Shown: piece by piece, positions 1 through 12,535 of the stretch
How positions within the stretch are numbered: the first letter of the stretch is position 1
Layout: each line of letters begins with the position of its first letter
DNA from: Octopus sinensis
Taxonomy: Eukaryota
Assembly: GCF_006345805.1 (NCBI RefSeq)
Contig: NC_043004.1
Location: 105,958,001 to 106,022,000, forward strand
Reading direction: 5' to 3'
DNA length: 64,000 nt
The notes under the pieces: model-generated
Databases searched by the model: none
Seen by the model: the letters and a program-made list of their open reading frames with translations, nothing else
Told to the model about the DNA's origin: nothing
Program-made: the position numbers and the translations under genes

Positions 1-231
1 TTGTATATTCTTTTGTATTTGTTAATTTATTGATTCATTTATTTACTTTTATATTTTCCAATTAAAGCCATACAGGTAGAGGCAGTAGTTTTTTGTGAAT
101 TTCTTTTATTTTTTGCCCGTTCCATTCATTTATTCATTTATTTATTTATTGAACCAGAAATAACTGGAATTTTTCAGGAGAGAAAAATCTGGCCAAAGCT
201 GTGTATATGTGTGGGATGTATTTGTATGTAT

Positions 232-639
232 ACTCTTTTACTCTTTTACTTGTTTCTGTCATCTGACTGCAGCCATGCTGGAGCACTGCCTTTAGTCGAG
301 CAAATCGACCCCAGGACTTATTCTTTGTAAGCCTAGTACTTATTCTATCAGTCTCTTTTGCCGAACCGCTAAGTGACGTGGTCATGAACACACCACAATC
401 GGGTGTCAAGTGATGTTAGGAGGACAAACGCAGACACACAAACATATACACACACATGCATATACATATACATATATACGACGGGCTTCTTTCAGTTTCC
501 GTTTACCAAATCCACTCACAAGGCTTTGGTCGGCCCTAGACTATAGTAGAAGACACTTGCCCAAGGTGCCACACAGTGGGACTGAACCCAGAACCATGTG
601 GTTGGTAAGCAAGCTACTTTCCACACAGCCACTCCTGCG
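232..639 (-). mobile_element. tRNA-derived SINE, family A (CORE-like ccttgggcaagtgtcttc segment, central microsatellite linker, (AAAAGAG)n-type tail)
   Basis: Reverse complement of the ~430-bp repeat seen intact at 20311-20749. Further full or partial copies at about 730-1100(+), 10860-11280(+), 27050-27290(-), 27775-27900(+), 28290-28435(-), 42110-42830(-), 44258-44420(-), 45055-45685(-), 47698-48100(+), 48960-49320(+), 51295-51500(-), 51988-52140(-), 52213-52610(+), 53600-54240(-). Confidence 0.9.
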
Positions 640-729
640 ACTATGAGCATATGTGTTTGTGTGCATTAGTGTCTATATGTGTAGGCATATATATATATAT
701 ATATATATATTTATATGTTTAAACACAGA

Positions 730-1100
730 CATGTCTGTGTGGTAAGAAGCTTGCTTCCCAACTGCACGGTTCCAGTTTCAGTTCCACCTTGAGTGTCTTC
801 TATTGTAGCCTTGGGCCAACCAAAACCTCGTGAGTGAATTTGGTAGACAGAAACTAAAAGAAGTGTGTGTTTCTTTGTGTCTGCATTTGTCCCCCACCCT
901 GTAACATCGCTTGACAACCAATGTTGGTGTGTTTACGTCCCTGTAACTTAGTGATCTGGCAAAAGTGACCGATAGAATAAATACTAGGCTTACAAAAAAT
1001 AAATCCTGGGGTTAGTTTCTTTGACTAAAAAGCCCTTTATAGCGGTGCTCCAGCTTGAGCACAGTGAAAAGCTTGAAACAAGTAAAAGAATAAAAAAAAG
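730..1100 (+). mobile_element. family A SINE copy, head-to-head with the copy at 232-639
   Basis: gtgtggtaagaagcttgcttccca...ggttccagtttcagttcc head; aaagtgaccgatagaataaatactagg body; aagtaaaagaataaaa tail. Confidence 0.85.
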
Positions 1101-1170
1101 AGTACATATGTTTCATCCAGTGTGGATAGGTTTAGTATTAAGAATGTAGATGTGTGTATGAACATGAGTA

Positions 1171-1217
<47 letters not shown>

Positions 1218-1499
1218 ACGTGCACGTGTGTGTGCCCGTCCATGTGTTGGTGCATGTATGAGTGTGGTTGTGTGTGTTTGAATGTCTTCCTGCCTAGGGA
1301 TAACTCACAAACTACTTAAACAATTATATAGACAGAGACAGGTGAAAAATTGATTTCAAATTTTGGCACAAGGCCAGCAATTTCAGAGGGAGTTGGTAAG
1401 TTAATTACATCAACTCCAGTGCCCAGCTGGTACTTCTTTTATTAATAATAATAATAATAATGATGATGATGATAATGATTATGATGATGATGATGATGA

Positions 1500-2035
1500 T
1501 GACCTTATTGTGTATATGCTCAGGTGCACTACACTCATCAAAGGTGGATGTACAGTACACAGAAATATGTACAAAAGTCAGGAAAGTGAACAGTGTACGA
1601 GTCATGATATACATGTGTGCATGCGTATGGAGGTGGGGGTGGATATCAGGTGTAGTGTTGGCAAATTTCAGGAAGCATGGAAGTTTTAAAGGATGCAATG
1701 TCTGGGCAACTAACAACTGATGCAGGTAGAGTTTGTTCCATGCTTTCAGTAACTCTGAGTGTGAAAAAATGTTTCTGAAAGTCATGGGAGCTGTGCTGTT
1801 TTCTGACTTTGTGTGCATGCCCACATGTGTTAGATACATGGAGCTCAAAAGGGTGCTCAAGGTGGTTGTTTGCATGATGGTTAATAATTTTGTGGGTGTT
1901 TATCCAGTCAGTTGCCAGACATCAGAGCCTCAATGTAGCTATGCCAAGGAAACAAGGCATTCAGAGTATGGCAGATGCCTGATGGAGGGTATTCGCTTGG
2001 TTGCATGTCGCTGAACAGCTTCCTGGAGGTCAATG
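1500..2035 (-). pseudogene. CR1-type LINE 3' end (ORF2 C-terminus plus 3'UTR, frameshifted)
   Basis: Minus strand reads SNTCGHAHKVRKQHSSHDFQKHFFTLRV..AWNKL-PASVVSCPDIASFKTSML. This matches the CR1 ORF2 terminal pattern TRGH..K......R..FFS.RV...WN.LP..VV. It ends in a (CAT)/(ATT) repeat tail at ~1445-1500. Confidence 0.8.
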
Positions 2036-2443
2036 AAACACATTCACTTTGGTAGAAATAGCAGTCAAATCTCTTTAAAACTGAACTGTGCTATCTTAGA
2101 AAGTGGAATAGCAAGTGTGTGAGCTAATAGGGGCAGCTGAAAGGCAAAGTTAACCTGGGCGTAATTTGAACTCAGACTGTAGAGAGGGTTGAAATACCAT
2201 CAAACTTTTTGCCTGGCATGGTAATGATTCATCTAGCCCATCATCTTAGTCGTAATTAATTATATTGTCTAAAAAAAAAAAAGGTACAGGTGTTGACAAA
2301 AGGGAGTTGCAAAGCTATTCATAAAAAAGATTAGCAACCAGACAGGGCTACAGATGACATCACCAGTTTCTAAACTGAGCTGGTACTGGTGAAGCATTAT
2401 GAACACTAATAGTCTCCACAAACATTACTAATCAATTACCCAC

Positions 2444-2497
2444 TTTGTCGTCAGCATTCAAAGTTTCATCATACAATAAACCCATAACATGGATCAC
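2444..2497 (-). CDS. candidate short coding exon of an unidentified host gene (VIHVMGLLYDETLNADDK)
   Basis: Minus strand ttttttccccaaaggaaacag|GTG...GAC AAA|gtgggt (alternative donor gtaatt after 2440). Protein-like composition in non-repeat sequence; not recognised. Confidence 0.3.
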
Positions 2498-3049
2498 CTG
2501 TTTCCTTTGGGGAAAAAATGTCTTCAAATATGTTTATGAAACTAATCAATAATTTTCCCCTGCACTTTTTTTTTATAATATTAAGGATATTCATATTGCT
2601 AGTTCAGCACATTTACATTGTTGTTATAGTCTTTTAATAAACATGTTATGAACTTTAATGGAAGATCACGAGCAATCTAAAACGTGAGGCAGATATCAAA
2701 AGATATCTTTTTAAATTAGAATTATCTCCCTTGAACCAGCTCTCTAGCTGTGAAAAATTGCGTTTTTTTTTTGTGTGTTGTATTTCATCCTCATTTAACT
2801 CATACACATTTTATTCTTTGACCAATTCAAAATCATTTCATATAAACTTTTGTATTAAATATTTAAAGTTAGTCAATTTATATGTTTGAAATTTAACTTG
2901 TAATAAAGCAATATTATATCTATAATATTAATTACACTTTAACTCTTAAAGATTGCTGATGAATTTATCCCTCCCTCCTTCGCCCTCCATATACACATAT
3001 ATACAACTGTGCTTGAACAAAGATAGCCTATAAAATGTATAGGATTTAC

Positions 3050-3139
3050 TTTCAGTTTTTGCTTTTCTGACAGGATGAACTGCAGTTTACTCAGCCATGC
3101 AACGATTAGTCCTAGAGCTGACATGGATTTTCCTGTCAG
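3050..3139 (-). CDS. candidate coding exon of an unidentified host gene (LTGKSMSALGLIVAWLSKLQFILSEKQKLK)
   Basis: 90 nt, phase 0/0, ends AAA|gtaaat and joins in frame to the 2444-2497 candidate. The acceptor (accattag) is weak. Confidence 0.25.
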
Positions 3140-3424
3140 CTAATGGTCTTTTCTAAATATGGTCTTTTCTAAACGGTAGCATAGATGAGGGAGAAGTTTA
3201 CCTAAGGAGACACTTTTAATGGGGGGGACATTTTGGTTCTCCTATATAAGCCAGTATAGGCATAGGGGTCTGGGGATTGGGACAACAAACTAAAAGGCAG
3301 CACAGTTTGGTTTGAAAGAGATTTTACTGCTATTTCTATCTAGGTGAGTGACCATGCAGAAGTATATTCTTGGAACAGTCGTTTTTCTATTTGTTTCTAA
3401 TTGCTTGGTCATGAACTAAAAGTA

Positions 3425-3740
3425 AAGGGCAAAGACTCCCTTTGGTCATAAATGGCCATGGAATTGCACCTGTAAAGATTTCTTCTGAGGCACAAGTCTG
3501 GGCAAGGTTATTTATGGAAGACCAGCAGTCACCCGTACATACCAGCTTCCCCTCTCCATACCGCCGATGTTATCCAAGGGAAAGGCAAAGAGGCCGATAC
3601 AGCTTGGCACCAGTGACATCACAACTCATTTCTACAGCTGAGTGAACTGGGGCAACATGAAATAAAGTGTCTTGCTCAAGAACACAACACACTACCTCAT
3701 GATTGTGAGCCCAACACTCTACCCACTGAGTCGAGTGCCT
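3425..3740 (-). mobile_element. tRNA-derived CORE-type SINE (second tail type); second copy at ~46780-47107(-)
   Basis: Reverse complement gives a tRNA-like head, then tgtgttcttgagcaagacactttatttcatgttgccccagttcactcagctgtagaaatgag (CORE-like). The 3' part (ttatccaagggaaaggcaaag on +) is shared with the 46.8-kb copy. Confidence 0.8.
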
Positions 3741-4054
3741 TCGTGAAATAGGTGAGGACCCTATTTTAGAATTAGTCAATCAAGCAAACTAAAATAAGCC
3801 ATTGCATATGTCTTTTCAGGAGCACAACACTATGACAGTTGTAAGGTCTGAACTTATGATAGCATAATCAACAGTCCAGCACCTCAACAAATACAACAAT
3901 ATTGCCACTTTTATATTGTCACTCAATCTGCTCCTGTATAAAGGGAGACAGTAGTTGAGATAGACTTGGTCAGTGTGTCCAAGTGTCTTGATTCACTACA
4001 GGTGGTTGGTGTATCAGTTCTGGGCCTAGTGTCGCTACCAATGTTCTGGTTATG

Positions 4055-4463
4055 CATGAATGTGCATCATGTTTGTTGATAATGGATGGTGATGTAGAGA
4101 CAGATTTCAGAATGGTATTCCTCCAAAATATGTCTCCAGAACAATGTTACTTAACTGGGTACATAGTTCAGAGATCAGAGAGTCTCTACAGGTTGAGCCA
4201 TTACTTCTATGCATTATGTGGTTAGAATACTGCAGGAAGGAATCACATAACAGATTCTTCAAGTTGTGCCAACCAACAAGAGATCTAGGGGTAGACCAAG
4301 AATGAGATGTTTAGATAACATCCATAGTGTCAATTGGTCATACCTGGGAATCCAGCAGGAAGGTGTAGTGATGGTTGCTTCTGACAGGACACTGGTCAAG
4401 AATGTGACTGAGGGATCTAATCCCATGACCCTCTCAGGAATAATGAATAGACAGATGGATTGA
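4055..4463 (+). pseudogene. RTE (Expander-like) LINE C-terminal fragment
   Basis: SEIRESLQVEPLLL...PTNKRSRGRPRMRCLDNIHSVNWSYLGIQ matches the RTE C-terminal GxRxRGRPRxRW motif; frameshifted. Confidence 0.8.
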
Positions 4464-6864
4464 AAGTACAAAAGTTATTTATTAGTTGCCATGTTTATTC
4501 CTTTTGAAGAGTTCTGCAAGTGACATGGCTTCAGATAAATTAATAATTCAACTTACTGGAAGATTTACTCTGTATACAAGCATAATGGCTATAATAATAA
4601 TCTTCACTGTGATTTCTGATGAGGTATAAATTCCTCCATCCCTTCATGCAACCACTATCGCTGCACAGGAATGATACAGAAACCAATCCTTTTTCTTTTA
4701 TTTAATTTTTTTTTTTTTTCCATTTTTTATGTTGTATCATCAAAGAAGGAATATCATCAAGTTCTCAGACACTTTATGGTGGCTGGAATAGATTAAAGCA
4801 ATAAACTTTTCTAGAAATTCCTGCTTTATCTGAAAATGTTTTCTTCAATCAGATAAAACAATATATTTTTAGTCTAATGGACTGAATTTTTTGGTATTAT
4901 TAGATACATTTTTTTGAGACTTGAAATAGTTTTGTAAATTTCATTCTGAGCTTTGGTTGCTTTCTTTCATTCCTTTAATTATTTTATCATTTATCATACG
5001 TACATGGTGGCCACCCCCACTAATTAACTTTCATAGGATAATCTCTGTTTTGAGATATTTGGTTATTTATATTTCAATAGATATCTTCCCAGGGTGCAAA
5101 CACCATGACTATACTGTTTTAATCTTATTAATGTCTTTGAGAATGGTATGAATGCCACATGATCTTATTTTCCTTCTATGATGAAGGGGACTAGATCATG
5201 TGGTATTCATGAGACAAGGCTTAATGCCTACGCTATGTTCCAATATTCCACTTTTACTTTATATGTGTGTTGGGAACTGTTAACCTTTGTATCCATGTCT
5301 ACATCCACTTTAAATACATAAAAAGCAATAACTTTTTATTGATATTTCATCAGAAGAATGGTGGAGTGGTGGAATCAGCAGAGCATTGGACAAAATGCTT
5401 AATGGGATTTAGCTGTGTAATTCTATGTTCACAGTTCAAATCCCATTGTGGAGACATTTCCTTCCTTCCTTCTGGGGTCAGAAAGTAACCACCCACTAAG
5501 ACAGCTGATTTAAGTGACTGTACCCCTCCTGCAAATATGTGACTTTGTTCTTCTTTTAGAAATCCTTGTCATTTATTGATAAGAAAAGAGGCATTGCATC
5601 CACGTTATTCAAGAAGCTAATGCAATTGATGTTATATCTACAGGGAAAACACAACCAGGGAGAGAAGGTTTCAGTATGTTACAGTAGTGGAGAGGAGCGA
5701 TTAGGTGAAATATTTAGTGTAGGCTTTATGGAGATAAGATATAGTTAGGATGATAAGTGTAGGATGGGCAGATACAATATGTGCTCAGGCAGAAGTTGTC
5801 AACAGTTTGCTAGTTCTGAGGAACAGTAACCATTACAATTGCAGCAAATGAAGCAGGGAAAGGAAACGGTATTTCCATCATATTGTAGTTGTAGTTGTAG
5901 TGAGTTGGAGAATGAGAGAGTCTGTGATAGTTACCTGGATAGCATTTGCAGGGGAACATTACCCTATGTATGTAAGTAGTATATTAACGTGGGTTGCATA
6001 TATGCTTTGTTCAGAGCTGAAGTATTTTGTTTTTTGTGACTCCTGAAAAAGAAGCCTAAAGCCTAGCCTTAGGAAGAAATTTTGGCAAAGTTTATAACCA
6101 CAAACATGTAGTCACTACAATAGTCATTCAGAGATTAAGAGTCCAGGCATTTGTTACGAGTTTGAAAGGTTTCCATGTGGGCCGTTCATAATGAATGAAG
6201 GCGTAATGTTATATGATTGTTAGCTTGATATGTGATTATGTTTTTGTGTTACTGCTGAGTCTTTTCAAATGCTTTGCTTATGAAAACTTTATAAAGCTGA
6301 CTTGAGATGTCAAAAGTGCAGATAATGCCTGTATACAGACTGCTAAATTAGAATGAAGTGGAGTTGGGGTATCATCTGATAGAAGGATATGTGGTTAAAA
6401 TTATCTGTGGGGAAAGTCATTAGAACACAAAAGAAATGGTGTGGGTAGCATAACTGAAACCTGAGGTCATTTCTTTCTATATATTTACTTATCTACCAAT
6501 ATAGCTATTTACATATCTATCTATTACCTTGTGGGTATTACTTTAGATCAAATTTATTCAATAAAGGTGATTTCTTTCCTAAAATGAAATTTACAGTCTA
6601 TTTTTACTTCTGTAGATGTGACTCAGTAGTATTTTTTATTGTTTGAAGCATAAAAATAGCAAGATACAAAATATATAAAAGTTAAGTTAGAAGGAAGCCC
6701 GAAAGAAACATTTGTTCTGTTCAGTTTGTAAGCTTTTTACTTTTCAGTAAGTTAAAGCCTAGAAATAATGATTTTTCTTTTTTTTGACAATGTCTGTGTG
6801 CAGAATTGGTGAAGAGACTCCAGTGTGTATAATATATATCATCATCCAGTGTGATATTATTATT

Positions 6865-6912
<48 letters not shown>

Positions 6913-6913
<1 letters not shown>

Positions 6914-7467
6914 CCCTGATGCAGTACCAGGCAGTGGCTCTCATGGCTTCTGATCTTAACTGATTGGAAGTGTTATCATGTACATTGTTTTGTCTTGGTA
7001 TAAAAGATGGGCTACAGCAAATATTCTGCTCAATACCACAGATTTGCTTGGTCAGTTGTTTGACCTTAACCAATTGAGCATGTCCCTTAGTGGCTGACGA
7101 TATGTGCATCTCTGATCACGAGCAGAAGTAGTGGGGGAGCATCATAGCCATGTGTTGAGAGGGATTCTTTGGGGTTTGAATAATTCACCTCTGGAAACAT
7201 GGGTAGTTCTTTCAACATCCTTAAACAACCCTTATTCAGGGACCTTTTGAGCGGGATGGGCTACTCAACCTGAAGAAAATTCTAACTGGGTCCCACCTGC
7301 AAGGTCATGTGCTGTTTATCTTGATATGAGATCACCATGTCGCGCACATATGGTTGTGATGCATGTGCCTGGTGTACCCTTATCAGACGGGTAGTCATGA
7401 TGGGTATATTGGGCTTCGTATATTTTACCCCAGTGTCACTTTGATGGCATGAACTGCTCTCTCACTC
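6913..7467. mobile_element. 555-bp interspersed element flanked on both sides by (TAA)n; unclassified
   Basis: Inverted copy with the same ends at 40643-41196, about 90-95% identical by eye. Confidence 0.85.
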
Positions 7468-7523
<56 letters not shown>

Positions 7524-8842
7524 TGATGATAATAATAATAATAAGAAGAAGAAGAATAACAACAATACCAAACTCCATCGGATGTACTCAGTTGGCAGCA
7601 ATATATTATTGTTGTTGTTGTTGTTGTTGTTATTTCCTGCTTTACCTCCTGAGCTCATATACCACTAAGGTATAATAATAATTTCAATGATGTGACTGTT
7701 TATAGTCTAAAATGACATTGTAGGATTGGTATGAGAGGGAAGGATCTGGCCATTTTGAGCGTAAAACGGTTAGACTATGTAGGTCAGATATGGCTTGTTC
7801 AAATGCTAAAGGGTTAACATCATTTTATTTTTTTTGTCTTTCTTTCTATTATAAAATTTTGATTGACATGAAGTCTGAAATTATCAAGAAAGTTTGAAAA
7901 GATGTGGTCTTAATGCAGTTCTCAAGGTCAGAACTGATGTCTTTCCATACATCATTCTGAATTGCACCTGGACACATCACCAGTGATTAGATGCTTTGGG
8001 TCTTTCAACATCATACTCCCACCCTCCCCAGGTGACCCAACTGGAATTGATCAAGCCCCAGCTTGTATATAGTTAGCATTATCACTGGTAGCCCTGCCCC
8101 TTCTGGAGCTCACACCTCCTAGTTCACCACCACCTTCAGATAACTTCTGCTGCCTTCACAACCAACTAGATGTTCTTCAGCCTACTGACCCCTATGATGC
8201 CAAACATGTTGTAACTCACAATCCCTCTGTATCTCACCTTCTGAGATCAATAACAAACAGAACTGAATGGGAAAAATTAAACCAAGTCACATATCAGGTC
8301 ACTGAATTCTCAGTACCATACCCGATGCTTTTGGCCTACAAATAAGTAGAATCTAATTTATTCCATTCACTATGAAACCAAATAAATAGACAATGACAAT
8401 TCTTTAACATCTGAATAATGGTCACTTCTATTATATGAAAGGATAATTACAGTCTTGTTGTGCTCCAGGTGTCTATGTTCAGCGACAGAAACGGAAGTCT
8501 TGACATAAATATGTTGCCAAATTAGGTTATAGAAGAGGACAGGATATGTAGAAGGGTCTTGTTATGAGTGTAAACAGCTTTAATCTAACTACTATGGACT
8601 GTGGTTCTGGTTCCTTGGTTTCAAGAGATATCTTTTGTTTCCTGTGTAAGTAAAATAATACAGGAGAAAGGACATTCTAACCCACGACAATGTTATGTCT
8701 AACTAGTATCTTTGTCTTTGCTGGTAATTAAAAACACATTCTGCCTATATTTGCCTGTCTACCTCTCTTTCTCTCTTTCTTTTCTTCATATATATAAATA
8801 TATATATATATGTATGTATATATATATACATACATACATATA

Positions 8843-8873
<31 letters not shown>

Positions 8874-8918
8874 GTACATACATGTGCGTGTATGTGTATG
8901 TGTGTGTATATATCTATA

Positions 8919-9085
8919 CATCATCATCATAATCGTTTAACGTCTGCTTTCCATGCTAGTATGGGTTGGACAATTTGACTGAGGACTGGCGAACCAGATG
9001 GTTGCACCAGGCTCCAATCTTATCTGGCAGAGTTTCTACAGCTGGATGCCCTTCCTAATGTCAACCACTCCTAGAGTGTAGTATG
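8919..9085 (-). mobile_element. family C SINE-like repeat with RTE-type 3' segment and (GAT)n tail
   Basis: Sense strand ggttggcgttaggaagggcatccagctgtagaaac...catgctagcatggaaagcggacgttaaacgatgatgat. Other copies at about 13340-13560(+), 22860-23500(-), 24210-24600(-), 27385-27752(+), 27944-28285(+), 43655-43858(+), 48640-48945(+); variants at 43190-43400 and 56480-56720. Confidence 0.85.
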
Positions 9086-9098
9086 TATATATATGTAA

Positions 9099-9136
<38 letters not shown>

Positions 9137-9140
<4 letters not shown>

Positions 9141-10388
9141 GTCAACCCATAAGTAATGCGATTTTTTCAATTGAATGAACTAAAAGTTGGAGAGGGATGG
9201 GATAAACTACTTGAATCAACTTATTATAAAAGCAGGTAGTAATTTTACTTTGCATTTAATCTTTAGAGCAAATTTTAAAGAGTGCAGTTCGATTTTAACA
9301 GTTCTTTTTCCAAAGCTATAATGGAAGTGACAAACGAACATATTCAGCATATTTTGCTTTATAATTCCATAAAGGCAAGAATGCAATGGAAAATGCAAGG
9401 AATATTAATGCAGTTTATGGGGATCAGACAATAAGCGTAAGCCAGTGTCAACAGTGGTTCCAGAAATTCCAAGCTGGAAACTACAGCCCAGAAGATGAGT
9501 CTTGTCCTGGAAGATCTGTACAGCTCGATGAGGATGTTCTGCAAACCCGGGTGGAACAGAATCCTATTGTAACTGTTGAGAAATTAGCAGAGAAGCTTGG
9601 ATTTGGTCGTTCAACCATTCATCAACACCTGCATACCATCAGAAAAGTAAGCAAATTGGGTCAATGAGTTCCTCTCAAACAGAGAATGAATGTGTGCTCT
9701 TCTTTGCTGTCACATCTCACGAATGGACCATCTTTGGACCAAATACTGACTGGTGACAAGAAATGGGTTCTCTATAAAAATGTCAAGCACCGAAGACAGT
9801 GGGTACAGGAAAGAAAAAACAGCAGCACCCCAGGCTAAAGGAGGTCTTACCAACGTATGGTGTTGTTATCTGTTTGGTGGGATATGAAAGGTTGAGTCCA
9901 CTTCGAACTTTTAAACCCAAACCAAAACAATAAGAAAGGAAATCTACTGTGAGCAGCTTGAGCAACTCAAGTCAGCGCTAGAAGAAAAACAACCATCTTT
10001 GGTTTCAAGACAAAAGGTGTTCTTCCATGAGGATAATGCTTGGCCACATACAACAAGGCTGAAGCAGTTTGAATGGGAAACGATACCCCACCCACCATAT
10101 TCACCAGACATTGCCCCATCCGATTATCATTTATTCCGCAGTCTTCAAAATCATTTGGACAGAAAAAATATGAATTCTGTAGACAAGATCAGAAGAGTAC
10201 TGGAGGAGTATTTTTCATCCTAGACAAGTGAATATTGGAAGAGGAGCCTTGAAAGTCTACCAGATAGAATGGAAGAGCATTGTAGAAAGTGAAGGAGAGT
10301 ATATTTTAGATTAAAAAAGAACTTTGTTTATCTTAATTTTGGAAAATAAAGGAAGTATAAAAAAATGCATTATTTATGAGATGACTCA

Positions 10389-10389
<1 letters not shown>
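9137..10389 (+). mobile_element. full-length decayed mariner (Tc1/mariner, DD34D) DNA transposon
   Basis: Imperfect TIRs: ttaggtcaacccataagtaatgcgattttttc and aaaaaaatgcattatttatgagatgactcaa. TA flanks both ends (9135-36, 10390-91), within (TA)n. The TIR resembles the Hsmar1/cecropia type. Confidence 0.95.
9321..10314 (+). pseudogene. mariner transposase pseudogene
   Basis: MEVTNEHIQHILLY...WFQKF...(W>*)VPL...ILTGDKKWVLY...LLSVWWD...HEDNAWPHT...HPPYSPDIAPSDYHLF...W..IVESEGEYILD*. Multiple frameshifts and stops. Confidence 0.95.
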
Positions 10390-10443
<54 letters not shown>

Positions 10444-11015
10444 CACTCAACATATACAGAGTACACGGTTAATATGGTTTGCACATGAGTAGTATGGCAG
10501 TGCATTGACATGAAGTAAAGACAAGGATGAGAAAAGATTTGCAGTAAGTGAAGAGGACGTATGAAGTACATCACGTGTGTGGTGTTGTATAGCAGTGAAG
10601 CATGACCGATAAAGACAGAGGACACAACATGACTGTGAATATACATGATTCACTTAGCGTGAGCCTAGTGTTGTATCGTTGAGAAACATGAGCTGTTTGT
10701 AGTCCATAGCATGTAGTCGTGCACGAAATTGAACTGAGTGAGTATGTTGACCCAAGAGTGATGAGAACATATAATGTGAATTTCAAAGATTTCATGATTT
10801 AAGGAGGAGAACACTTTTCTTTTCATTTTTTAATTTTTTTACACGACATTTTCTCACATTACACAGCATGGCTGGTGGGTAAAAAGCTTGCTTCCTGACC
10901 ACATAGTTCTGAGTTCAGTCCCACTGCGTGGCACCTTGGGCAAGTGTCTTCTACTATAGCCTTGGGCCAACTAAAGCCTGGTGAGTAGATTTGGTGGATA
11001 GAAACTGAAAGACGC

Positions 11016-11055
<40 letters not shown>

Positions 11056-11961
11056 GTATGTATGTATTTGTGTACTTGTGTTTGTCCCCCCGACCACCAT
11101 CACTTAACAACCGATGCTGGTGTGTTCACATCCCCACTTAGCAGTTTGGCAAAAGAGACTAATAGAATAAGTACTAGGCTTACAAAGAATAAGTCCTGGA
11201 GGTCAATTTATTCGACTAAAAGTGTTGCTCCAGTATGGCCGCAGTCAAATGACTGAAACAGGTAGGTGAAAGAATAAAAGAAAGTGTGTGTGTGTGTGTG
11301 TGTGTGTCTTCTGTGGTTGTATCCCACCACCACTTGACAACTGGTATTGGTGTGTTTTCATAACCATAACTTAGCAGTTCAGCAAAAGAGACCAACAGAA
11401 TAAGTATCAGGCTTAAAATAAAGTTCTGGCATCAATTCCTTTGACTAAAAAATTCCTCAAGGTGGTGCCCCAGCACCAGTCTAATGACTGAAACAAGATT
11501 TAGTCAGAGGAGGAAGTGCTCATAACCAGAGTTGCCTTAGCAGCACTATAGGGGCCGAGCAAATGAATACACTGGGACCTGTAGTATTTGTTTATTGGTA
11601 ACAAGCCACAACATATATAGATCAGAATTGAACTCCTAGACTCATAAAGCCCCTTAGCAGTGGCCCAGTGTACTTATGTCTTAAGATGGTCCTACTCATA
11701 ACCCCTTTCAAGGCCTCCAAAGTATCTAGACTACATTACCTAATGTATTTTCCTCCCTTTTTTTTTTTTTGAGTTAAAGACGTTTTTGCCCTGCTATTTC
11801 TAGTAATTTCAATGACCACATAAAAGCTTTCTCTCTCTCTCTCTTGTGACAGAAGTGTGATGATATATGTCAATGTAATATGATAGGGGTAAATGCAGTC
11901 ATCAAGCAATTTGATGCAACACACGACTTCAGCAAACAAGTAGTTTGTTTTAATGGTGTCA

Positions 11962-11996
<35 letters not shown>

Positions 11997-12239
11997 AAAC
12001 TGTTGCTCTATTGAACAACATACATCAACACAAACCTCTGAAGTAGGTAAACACCAAATGAAGGATGACTGGAAACCTTCTCCACTGAAAGTATCCAAGG
12101 CCCAGATGGTGGTATTAAAGCAGATTATGTCTAACTCTCGAGAACAGGAACAGTCTTTCCAACAAAATTCCCTTCAACTAAATTTCGCTCCCTGTGTTTC
12201 GGTTGACCTGTGGCTTATAGTACAAGACATCATCCTTCA

Positions 12240-12436
12240 TCTTCTTCATTGTCATCCTCCTCCTCTCCTCCTCTTTCTTCCTCCACCTTCTTCCTCTTCC
12301 TCCTTCTCCTTTCCTTCTCTTCCTTCTCCTCCTTCTCCCCTCTTCCTCCTCTTTCTCCTCCTTCTCCTCTTCTTCCTTCTCCTCCTCCCCTCCTCTCCTC
12401 CCTTCAGCCTCCTCTTCTCCCCCTCCTCCTCCACTT

Positions 12437-12467
<31 letters not shown>

Positions 12468-12535
12468 GTCGTCGTCGTCGTCGTCGTCGTCGTCATTATC
12501 ATCATTGTCATCATCAGCATCATCAACATCATCAT
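12240..12535. repeat. (CCT/CTT)n polypyrimidine tract followed by (CAT)n(CGT)n
   Basis: Directly visible low-complexity sequence. Confidence 0.9.

Noticed and set aside
9386-10223. SETMAR-like domesticated transposase gene
   Set aside because: It has multiple frameshifts and stops, flanking TIRs and TA TSDs, and no SET domain. It is an ordinary dead mariner.
11529-11695. Possible hAT-Tip100-like MITE
   Set aside because: The termini are too decayed and no TSD can be confirmed by eye.
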